The position numbers were made by a program, and so were the translations under genes. Below the pieces are notes generated by a model. It was not told the origin of the DNA. It saw only the letters and a program-made list of their open reading frames with translations, and made no database searches. Shown in pieces: positions 41,571 to 52,222 of a stretch of DNA of 64,000 nucleotides. Origin of the DNA: Octopus vulgaris (Eukaryota); contig OX597819.1 in assembly GCA_951406725.2 (NCBI GenBank), positions 78,926,001 through 78,990,000 of the forward strand. Direction: 5' to 3'. How positions within the stretch are numbered: position 1 is the stretch's first letter; every line of letters begins with the position of its first letter.

Positions 41571-41920
41571 TTCTAATGCATGTTTTGAAAACATGTTTGT
41601 AAGCAGGGCTATAGAAATTTACAAGATTTTTCTCAAGTTTAGCAAGTGTTTGTATACTGTTATTGGTGTCTGAATTCCAGTAATGGTGATCTATGGCCTA
41701 GTGCTTCCTTCAGGTGTGCCTCCCCCACCATCTCGTAATTCTCTCATCTTGTAGCATGAAGCTGATCCATCACACCTAGCCTAGGACTCATCCTGTTGTG
41801 AACTACATGGTGACCTCAATTTTCAGATGGCACAAAAAATTTTTAAAAATCATTAATTCCATGCTGTAAAGTGGTTAGCATTAGGGAAGACATCCAGCCA
41901 TTAAAAAAAAAAAAAAAAAC

Positions 41921-42320
41921 AGGCGCAGGAGTGGCTCTGTGGTAAGTAGCTTGCTAACCAACCACATCGTTCCGGGTTCAGTCCCACTGCGTGGCATCTT
42001 GGGCAAGTGTCTTCTGCTATAGCCTCGGGCCTACCAATGCCTTGTGAGTGGATTTGGTAGACGGGAACTGAAAGAAGCCCGTCGTATATATGTATATATA
42101 TGTGTGTGTGTTTGTGTGTCTGTGTTTGTCCCCCTAGTATTGCTTGACAACCGATGGTGGTGTGTTTACGTCCCCGTTACTTAGCGGTTCGACAAAAGAG
42201 ACCGATGGAATAAGTACTGGGCTTACAAAAGAATAAGTCCCGGGGTCGAGTTGCTCGATTAAAGGTGGTGCTCCAGCATGGCCGCAGTCAAATGACTGAA
42301 ACAAGTGAAAGAGTGAAGAG
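41921..42320 (+). mobile_element. Family A SINE, best-preserved copy, nested in an older RTE 3' fragment
   Basis: A-box TGGCTCTGTGG, B-box GGTTCAGTCCC, many CpGs retained; RTE UTR sequence lies on both sides (~41800-41902 and ~42322-42450). Confidence 0.92.
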
Positions 42321-42912
42321 TATGCCAGAGCAGACAAGAAGATATCAGTGCTTGGTTTGGTCCTTGGACACATTGATTCCTGTCCAAACCATCCAGCCCA
42401 TGCCAGCTTGGAACATGGAAGTTGGATGTTGATGATGACGACGACTACGACAATGACGACACATGCACAAAATTCAAATAATACGGTCACCATCAGTCTA
42501 CCTTTCTCTGCAGCAATCTGTCTGCTCGCGAAAACAAGTGCACCACTTCTGCCGCCGGCGCCGTCATTATTCCGGCACCTTCATACATATATGCATGTGC
42601 GCAACCAGTTAATTGATCTTGTGATGCAACAGCTGTGTGTATACTAGCAATCACTGCAAATGTCCGCGTCTGTCATTTGAGAAGGACGGGGAAGGGGTGG
42701 GGGTGCCGTTTTATTATTTTTTTTTCTTGCGGAGCAAAGGGGGGCTGGTGTGTCTGCTGTCATATCTTATTTTTGTGGGTGTGAGTGGAAGGCTCTGTGT
42801 GTGTGCGTGTGTATGCATGCATGTGTGTGTGTGAATGATAGAAAAGACAAAAGAGGTTGAAGATTATATATATATCTATGTGTATATGTATATGTGTGTA
42901 TATATATGTGTG

Positions 42913-43038
<126 letters not shown>

Positions 43039-43924
43039 CGTTTGTTTATGTATGTATATGAACATACATACGTACACAGATTCATATACAGAGGAAGTGA
43101 AGGGGAGTGAGTGAGAGAGAAAGAGAGGCAGAATGTGAGGAAGTTGGAGGGGTGAGTGAGAGTAATAGAGACATCCTGAAATGCGAGGGAGGTTGGTGAG
43201 GGTGTCGTGGGTGGTGTAATAACAGGACAGAAAGAGGACTGAAGTGAAATTAGATTTAATTTATTGTAATTAGAAAGTGTAACAATGCTAAATCTGGGGT
43301 GGAGGGTATAATTTTTTTTATAGAAAATAAATCAGAATAAAAACAAAATGATCAGAAGTGGTGGGGGTTGGTTGGAGTGCTTAATAATTAATAGTGATAA
43401 ATAATGGCTGAAATCTGTCATATAAACTTTGGGACAGCTGTGTGTGTGTGTGTGTGTAATCAGTTTCGGGTTATTTTTTATTCATTTAAAAATGTTTTTT
43501 TGTGATTTAGTCAGAAGGACAGTGCCCATATTGTCTTTTAAAGACCTCTGCAAGGAGGGTCTTGAAAATGGCGGATGTGATAGAGAAGAAGAAACTATGC
43601 TTTATAAGTTACTGACAAGTCATCATATTTGTTTAACGTCCGCTTTTCCATGCTGGCATGGGTCGAACAAAATATGTTGAGGATTTTCTTTTCTATGGCC
43701 ACATGCCCCACTTCCTGTCATCAGTTCTTGTCTGATTCTAGGCCTTGGTAATATTTTCCAATGACCAGACATTTTCGCTAATCAGCAACAAACCACCTCA
43801 CTTGTATGATGATGGTAGGTTCATACAACCGTCACTTCATGTCTAGACTTGGGTACTTACATATATACACACACAAACATGCACACACCCTACGCACGTG
43901 CACACACACACACACAAAACTGTA

Positions 43925-44552
43925 CAACTATAGCTTATAGTTGACCAATCGTAAATTTGGTAGATGCGAATTATGCCCAGTGTGTAATTGTGTGTGTATG
44001 TGCATGCATGTATATTTATATTTGTTTCGCACCACTTGACAACCAGTATGGGTTTGTTTACATCCCTGTAATGTTGTGTTTAGTTTAAAAGCAGGCCAAC
44101 TGAGAAACATTAGACTAAAATTTGGTCACCTAAAAAAACCCTTTGGGCAGTGCTCCAGCATGACTACACTCCCATGATTGCAGTGGATGTGGAGTACGAA
44201 ACTTGCTTCCCAACTACATGGTTGAGATTTCAGTCCCACTGCATAGCACTTTGGCCAAGTGTCTTTTACTATAGCCTTTGGCCGACCAAAGCCTTGTGAG
44301 TGGATTTGGTTGACAGAAACTGAAAGAAGCCTGTCATGTATATAAATAGCATTTCCACCACCACCACTTGACAATTGGTATCGGTGTGTTTACATCCCCA
44401 TAACTTAGCAGTTCAGCAAAAGAAACTGATAGGATAAGTACTTGTCTTGAAACAAAGTAAGTCCTGGGGCCAATTTGTTCAACTAAAACCCTCCAAGGCA
44501 GTGTTCCAGCATGGCCACAGTCAAATCATTGAAACAAGTAACCGATAAAAGA
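43925..44552 (+). mobile_element. Two tandem family A SINEs (43925-44175 partial; 44185-44552)
   Basis: Core and tail motifs present twice. Confidence 0.8.
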
Positions 44553-44567
44553 TATATAAATATATAT

Positions 44568-44926
44568 ATATTAATAGTTATCACCAAGCTAACATGGCAG
44601 TCCAGAAAAGTAGGACGAATGCTGCCGTTGATTTGCTCCAAGAGGCTATCGTCTCTAGCTAGCTATGTGACACATGAACCTGTGTCCATTATAACCTTTG
44701 AACAGAAGAGGTGAGCCGCTTCCCCTTGCAAATACCCTGAAACTAGATTGTAGATGCCAGACCAGCAAGGGGAAGTAGCTGACCTCCCCTGTTCAAAGGT
44801 TGTAATGGACATAGGTTCATGTGTTACATAGCAAGCTAGAGGCGATAGCCTCTTGGAGCTAATCAACGGCAGCATTCGTCCTATTTTTCTGGACTGCCAT
44901 GTTAGCTTGGCGATAAGTATTAATAT
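44568..44926. mobile_element. Foldback element / long-TIR MITE
   Basis: Arms 44568-44729 and 44765-44926 are ungapped reverse complements (162 bp, 14 mismatches by manual count) around a 35-nt spacer. Confidence 0.9.
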
Positions 44927-45061
44927 CCAGTACTGCTGCCGTAGTCTCCTTTAGAGAGACTTAGAAATATTAATATTTTGCAGAAGCTTGACAAGTGCCG
45001 ATGCATGAAACTCTCAGCCCTCAAGTCACTCTGTTGCTTCTGCTAAATATTAAAACGTGTA

Positions 45062-45790
45062 TATAGGGTGCGATTAGTAGATTGCCGCCATTTTATATTT
45101 TTAATTTAACTCATGTTTGTTCTTAGTTTTTGTTGGCTTCACACTATAGTAGTCAGTTGGACACCATCTGTGAGAAATACAGCCCCATGAATCAAATTAC
45201 TCTTCCAAAAATTTGAAAACAACATGTTGTACTGCTTGGCATTTGCACCAGATGCTCCCATACAAACATTTCAAAGTGTTTGGATGTCAATCTGTGGACA
45301 GCGAAGAGGATTCAGAAAGAGTTGGATGAGTCTAATGGTGATTACGAAGGTGTTTGGGGTGATCAGTAGCAATGGCGATGTTATGCCTCCGTTCATCTTC
45401 CCACACGGCCTCGGACTCAACACAGAGGCCTGCATCAAGTACCTGGAAGAGGTAGTGCTGCCCTGGGTCAAGAGGGTGTCTGCTGGAAGACCCTATATCT
45501 GGTAACAGGACTCGGCACCATGGTACGCAAGCAGGAGAACCCAGTCATGGCTGTCAGACAATTTCTGTGACCACATCACCCCTAACATCTGACCACCTAA
45601 CTCCCTAGACTGCAAAACCCTTGATCATTATGTGAGGGGTGCAGTTGAGTGAGACCAACAAAACTCATTGTAACCCCAAAGATGAACTTTGGATTATGGC
45701 AGCATTCACCAATTTAAACAAGGAGACTGTCCAAAAGAGTTGCAGGAGATTCTGAAGTAGTTTGGAGGCCATGGTTGAAACCAGTGGCAA
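45062..45790 (+). pseudogene. Decayed maT-family (DD37D) Tc1/mariner transposon
   Basis: VFGVISSNGDVMPPFIF...RPYIW*QDSAP...*PPNSLDCKTLDHYV has 37 residues between the last two catalytic Asp; TA-TAGGGTG TIR-like start; internal deletion and stops. Confidence 0.85.
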
Positions 45791-45972
45791 ATGTTTATTG
45801 GTATTTCACTTGCCATTACATTCTGAGTTCAGATTCTGCTGAGGTCGACTTTGCCTTTCATCCTTTTGGGGTCGATAAATTAAGTACCAGTTATGCACTG
45901 GGGTTGATGTGATTGACTTACCCCCTCCCCACAAATTTCAGGCCTTGTGCCTATAGTAGAAAGGATTATTAT
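45790..45972 (+). mobile_element. Family C SINE, 5'-truncated
   Basis: GAGGTCGACTTTGCCTTTCATCCTTTTGGGGTCGATAAATTAAGTACCAG...AAGGATTATTATT. Confidence 0.85.
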
Positions 45973-46374
45973 TATTTTCAATACAATGTTTTATGCGATG
46001 TATACAGGCAGTGAAGTATATGTATGTATTGTTAGATGTTTCGCTGCTACTGAAATTATTTACCCTCCTCCATTTCTGACAGTTTGTTACCAAGTTTTTC
46101 TTTGGATTGGATGTATTTAAACACTCATGATTAGAACCCCACAAGGAAAAAACAATTTAGCTTGTCGTTGGGGTTTAGGGTTAGGGTGTAGAGTTAAAGG
46201 TCTGAGTTACTCAGTTATGCAGAGAGGAGGAATAATTAGGTGGTTGAGGAGAAAGTAACTTGTAGGGTTTGTTTTTTTTTGTTTGTTTGTTTGTTTGTTT
46301 GTTACATGCAGTCATAATGTTCAGTGTTTAAGATATAAAAATCTGAAAGATAAATTAAAAATTAATCTTTCAAA

Positions 46375-46890
46375 GCTTTCGGATTACTCTGTCAAATGTA
46401 ATAAATGTTTATTTATATTGTTTTGAATTGATCACACATCTCATAGCTTTGAGATTTTAATAATGTTACTGTTAATTTTCAGAATGATATTGTAGGGTAA
46501 GTGTGAAAGGCTGGATCTGTAAACATATTTGGATTAGATATGGCGATTTTAAATGCTAGAGGATTGGAAAGTACGAAGGTAGGATGCTTATTGCACAATT
46601 TGGCCATTGGGCAAGTGTATTCTACTATAACCTTGGGTTGGTCAAAGCCGTGTGAGTGGATTTGGTAGACAGAAACTGAAAGAAGCCTGTTGTATATACA
46701 TATATTTGTTTGAGTTTGTATGTATGTGTGTGTGTGTGCATGCCTTAATGTCTGTTTGTCCCCCTGTAAATCAGTGATTTGGGAAAAGAAAGTGATAGAC
46801 TAAGTACCATTCAACTAAAACTACTGCAAGGCAGTACCCCAGCATGGCCATAGTCTATTGACCAAAACAAGTGAAAGACGTATGTATGTA

Positions 46891-46929
<39 letters not shown>

Positions 46930-47226
46930 GTTAGGATATTCAGCTCACAGTCGTAAGTTCATGAGTTCAATACATGGTAGCACATTGCATCCTTGAGCAA
47001 TACACTTTATTTCACATTAACCTAGTTGAGTCAGCTGGCAAAAATGAGTTGTACCTGTATTTCAAAGGGCCAGCCTTGCCACATTCTGTGTCATGCTGAA
47101 TTTCCCTGTGAACTACATCAAGGGTGCATGTGTCTGTGGAGTGCTCAGCCAGTTGGACATAGTCACAAGCTGGCTGTTCTGTTGAATCAACTGGAATACT
47201 CATTGTCATAACCAACAGAGTGCCAG

Positions 47227-47288
<62 letters not shown>

Positions 47289-47660
47289 CTATGTTTGTCC
47301 CCCCAACATCACTTGACAACTGAGGAGAGGCAACCCCCTTCAGTCATGAATGACCTTGGGATTGCACCTAAAAAGTTACCCTCCGAGATACAAGTCTGGG
47401 TAAGGTTGTTTATGGAAGGCCAGCAGTTGCCCATGCATACCGGCCTCTCCTCTCCACGCCACCCGTGTTATCCAAGGGAAAGGAAAAGGCCGATACAGCT
47501 TGGCACCAGTGTGTCATAACTCATTTCTACAGCTGAGTTAACTGGAGCAACATGAAATAAAGTGTCTTGCTCAAGAACACAACACGCAGCCGGTCTAGGA
47601 ATCGAACTCACAACCTCACGATCGTAAGCCCGATGCTCTACCCACTGAGCCATGCACCTT
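46375..47660. mobile_element. Repeat pile: family D MITE (46375-46566), SINE A (+ 46600-46880), SINE B variant (+ 46925-47225), SINE B (- 47325-47660)
   Basis: Diagnostic motifs of each family as defined by the other copies in this window. Confidence 0.75.
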
Positions 47661-47992
47661 CACACACACACACACACTCACACACACCCACATATCGTGT
47701 ATGTTTGTGTGTAATGTGTTTCAATGGTGAGCTATTTAAATGTAAACTTTTAAGAAGTAAAAGAAAATTTCTGTAACAAATATAAACAATGCAGCTGAAC
47801 TAATAATTTTATGCACAATTAGCATGATTCAAATTCAACTAATTAACCAATAACTGAGTGCTTTATTTCCCAGGCAGTGTTGTGTGTCCTTGTAGTTTGA
47901 ATTAAATCTTTACCATAATTTCATTATGACAATCAATAATATTGTGAAATTTAAGTTGATAAATAACTACTTAATATACAATAGAGCCTATA

Positions 47993-48570
47993 TAAGGGGC
48001 TGCTGAAAAGTTCCTGGCTTTGGGTAAAAGAAAATAGAAGAGGACCAGTTAATTAGGATTTACTCTTTTTTTTTTTAATTGTTTCAGTCATGTGACTAGC
48101 CATGCTGGAGCACTGCCTTTAGTCAAGCAAATTGACCCGAGGACTTATTCTTTGTAAGCCTAGTACTTATTCTATCAGCCTCTTTTTTCCGAACCGCTAA
48201 GCTGCAGGGACGTAAACACACCAGAATCAGTTGTCAAGCAATGTTGGGGGACAAACACAGACACACACACACATACAATGGGCTTCTTTCAGTTTCCGTC
48301 TACTAAATCCACTCACAAGGCTTTGGTCAGCCCGAGGCTATAGTAGAAGACACTTGCCCAAGGTGCCATGCAGTGGGATTGAACCTGGAACCATGTGGTT
48401 GGTAAACAAGCTACTTACCACACAGCCAATATATTCCTCTTCTCAGATTCACACATTTATTTCAGTGGTCCTTCAGTTTTTCTAAGCCCTATAAAAGAAC
48501 TTGGGAGTTTAGGCTTGCAACCAGGCCTTTCATGATATCCTTAGAGCCTGGAACTTTTCAACACCCCTCC
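47993..48570. mobile_element. Mariner-derived MITE interrupted by a family A SINE (- 48075-48428)
   Basis: TIRs AGGGGCTGCTGAAAAGTTCCTGGCT and AGCCTGGAACTTTTCAACACCCCT; minus-strand remnant NKCVNLR resembles the mariner C-terminus. Confidence 0.75.
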
Positions 48571-48752
48571 ATTTGTAGTTGTTTAACCTTGCTGAAATAG
48601 CAGCTAAATTTCCTCAAATCATACCCCCACCAACTTGAAAAAATAACATCTCTCACCTCATCTGTGATATGAGATTGTATCACTTTGATACAGTTATTAT
48701 CCTTGATGGCTCTGTATTTTGAGGCAACATAGAAGAATGTATTTTGTCTGTT

Positions 48753-49020
48753 GAGGGCACATGATATTGTGGTTAAAGTGTTGCATTCACAATCAAGAGA
48801 TTGTTGTTTCAATTCCTGGACCGGGTGTTGTGTTGTATTCTTAAGCAAGACACTTCACCTCATGCTGCTCAGTAATCACTTCAACACCTGATGTGTGGCA
48901 CACCGTGCACCTGTTCAGGTGGCATTGATTTGATGGAGGGAGTTAGCTAATGTACAGCACATCCATTTGATCACTATAAACAAATCATTTGTACAGGTCG
49001 TTCAACAAGAAATAGCAGAA
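48753..49020 (+). mobile_element. Family B-like SINE with a different 3' tail
   Basis: GGCACATG...GTGGTTA...TTCAATTCCTGGACCGGG...TTCTTAAGCAAGACACTT, then sequence unlike the other B tails. Confidence 0.65.
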
Positions 49021-50624
49021 TCATCTTTTTTTCAGACTACAAGAGCCTACCTTCATCATCATCATCATCATCATCGTTTTGTTCTGTAACAAAATGCCAA
49101 ACTGATTCAAATTCGTGAGCCATGACCATACAGCCCAGTACATTGTTCTGCTTAGTAATCATACTTCTCTCCATCCCTACCTTTGTGTGTGTGTGTGACA
49201 TCTTTTTGTGTATGGCATCTTATGCGCACAACAGAAGCTAAGTTTTAATGGCGAGCAGGAGGCAAATAAAGAGTGATCATAGAATTCCTGTCTCTCTCTG
49301 GTATTGAACTTTTGAATGTTAGCTCTGTAGCCTGCTTCGGCTTGCTGATCGGCACTCTATGCCCCCTACACTATCATTGTTTTGATGCCAGGTGTAAAGA
49401 AAAAAAAGAGAGAAAATGTAGTTCATCTACACACTCATACACACAAACACACACACATCTATATGCACACACACAAACACACACATGTATATATACACAT
49501 AAACATATTCATGTAAAATGTGTGTGTACGTGTGTGTGTATATATATATATATACACACATGTATATATATGTGTGTGTATGTATACACATGTACACACA
49601 TGCACACATTGAACGCAAGGTAGCTTAATGAGAAAAAGACTCGGGGATGCAATAGTTTGATTGGTTATTTCCCGAAGCCAGATGCAAATGTTTGATTGGT
49701 CAAGTAAAGCGCAGCAGATGTGTGTTACACCGGTAAAACCTTCAGAAAATGCCTCCATAAAGTATAATTATGATGACAGGCCTGTTGACATTGACTTGCC
49801 TGACGTCCCTGCCACAACTGCGTTCCTACCCCCCCCCCACCCCCACCCCACTCGTCACTGCTGGTACTGCCGCTGCCACCACCACCACCACCACCGCTGA
49901 CATCTCGAACAGTTTAGCCCGCTTGCTTCTACCTTATACTTTATAGTGTTGTCGGTCTCAGTGTGTCAGCCACTTAACAGAACTTCTTAATCTTCCTGTG
50001 ATTTGTGAGATTCGGTGGAAAGGTTATTCCAGGAATTTTGTCATAAGAGATGGCATAAACTAGCAAAACTACCACTGAGTGATTGGTGCATACTTGTGCT
50101 ATGTGTGTGTGTTTGTGCATGTGTACTTAATGCATTGAGTGTGTGTGCTTGTGTTTGTGCATGTGTGTGTGTGTGTGTTTTAGCGTGCATATTGAGTGTT
50201 TATTACCAAAGTACTGATTGGGTTGAGATAAGCACAATGCTAAACCTGATGCAACTGCTGTTGTTGAACCCCCCCCCCCCACCTCCCCGTGTCTCCCAAC
50301 GTTCTTGCTGCACTCGTTCTCCCCTTCATCTTTCCTTAAATAAACTACCTTATCCCAGAGTCGGGATTGTTGGTTGTTTGGTTGGCTGGTTGGTTGGTTG
50401 GCTGGCTGAGTGGTTGGCTGGTTGGTTGGTTGGTTATGCCATAAAGGTGTTGAGAATTTCAAAACCATTGTCGTCGTCATCGGCGTTGTCGTAATCATCA
50501 TTGACAGCATCGCCTCTTTTCCCAAGTCAGCATATTGATGGATCGACAGAATTGGTAGAACAGCAAAACAAAATGCTTTGTGGTGTTTCATAACATACTT
50601 TCCTTGATGACATTCATGGGAGAC

Positions 50625-51340
50625 TTAGACCCTTTCCTTCTTGGCCAAATCTGACCAAAATATTCTACTTGTTTAATATTCCAGCCAGATCTACAACATC
50701 ATTCTAAAAATATATAATTACATCATTGAAACCATGAAGCTATGAGATAATACACGATTAGTTCAAAACAGTATGATCTTCGAACATTGAGCCTCACGGA
50801 GGCAGTGACTAGTGACCGAGACCTTTGACGATATGCTGTACTTGAGAAGACCCATCAAGCCTAGTGAAATCATAGTGTGATGTTAGTGTCACATAACTGG
50901 CACATAAAAAGCACATTTTGAGCATTGAACCCCTCACATAGGCAATGTGGCCGATGCCAGTGGCATGTAAAAAGTACCTTTCAAGTGTTGGACCTAACAG
51001 ACGCCATGACAAATAACCAAGACCTTTGGCAGTATGCTATGTTTGAGAAGAAGACCCATAAAGCCAAGTGAAATTGTAGTCATAGCAGATACCAGTGTCA
51101 CACATTTGGCACCTGTACTGATGGCATGTAAAAGCACCCATTACACTCTCGGAGTGGCTGGTGTTTGGAAGGGCATCCAGCCATAGCAACCATGCCAAAT
51201 CAGATTGCAGTCTGGAGTATCTCTCCAGCTTACCAGCCATGGTCAAACAGTCCAACCCATGAACAACAGATGTTAAATAATGATGATGAATAAATAAGCA
51301 TTACGTTTGATAGAGTAATCTAAATGCTTAAAGGATTATA
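50625..51340. mobile_element. Family D MITE interrupted by an RTE 3' fragment (+ ~50778-51288)
   Basis: MITE sequence stops at TTCAAAACAGTATGA and resumes at AATAAATAAGCATTAC...AATGCTTAAAGG after the RTE (GAT)n tail. Confidence 0.75.
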
Positions 51341-51550
51341 TGGCCAGGAATTTATAGAAAGAGAGGAACAGTCAGTTAAATGAACCCCCAGCTATTTTAT
51401 TGACTTTAGGCAGATGAAAGTCCAAGCCTGAAAGATTTTGTTAATATTTACCATAAAGGTACTGAAAGCTCTGAATCACCATTATTTTAGTGGAATTTAT
51501 GTTGGCAGAATTTCTGCTGTTAGATGCCCTTTCTGTTGTAAATTGAAACC

Positions 51551-51597
51551 AGTCTGATAAGTACTAACACATGGAAACTCTTGACTTTTGAGTCACT
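51551..51597 (+). ncRNA. Degenerate type I hammerhead-ribozyme-like motif
   Basis: AGT-CTGATAA-(stem II region)-GAAACTC-loop-GAGTC-ACT: stems I and III pair and a GUC triplet is present; G8>A and a poor stem II suggest it is inactive. Confidence 0.5.
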
Positions 51598-51614
51598 CTG
51601 CTAAATATTAATAA

Positions 51615-51645
<31 letters not shown>

Positions 51646-51680
51646 CATATATTATTCTCTCTGTTTATTTCCTTGTGTTC

Positions 51681-51716
51681 CTTTCTGTTGAAGAGCATAA
51701 GCTCGAAACATAAAAC
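51681..51716 (+). ncRNA. Degenerate minimal hammerhead-like motif in a short repeat between TA-rich tracts
   Basis: CTTT-CTGTTGA-A-GAGC-ATAA-GCTC-GAAAC-ATA-AAA: perfect 4-bp stem II and a U-rich/A-rich stem I; core has A6>U and a probable CpG decay in stem III. Confidence 0.45.
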
Positions 51717-51882
51717 TTTCTCCCAAGTGTCAAACTAATACACCTGTCTTCGTCTTTTGTTTTTCTGTAAATTTCAACCACATATATATACACATACACA
51801 TGCACACATTCTTTTATTCTTTACTTGTTTCATTCATTTGTCTGTGACCATGCTGGAGCACTTGAGTTTTTTTTAGTTGAAG

Positions 51883-51916
<34 letters not shown>

Positions 51917-52191
51917 GCGATAAGAAGTGTGGATTCATGTCCCATGCATATAGAAAGCCCACTTTTTTTTCTGTCCAGGGCTTATATGTCCCAATATTAG
52001 ACTATTTTCTTTAGTCAGTACACGGTGATCGCTTCTAAGTTTTAAGCTTAATATTATTCTTTACAGAATTGTCACTTGTCATCACTTTTCAAATTATCAC
52101 AGAAAAAAACATTTATTTGTTTTAAAAAAAGCAACACTATGAAATCAGAGTTCTTAAATCTAATGGGGATATGTGTGTGTATATATATACT

Positions 52192-52222
<31 letters not shown>

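Noticed and set aside
46170-46200. TTAGGG telomere-like motif
   Set aside because: Only two exact units; not an interstitial telomere array.
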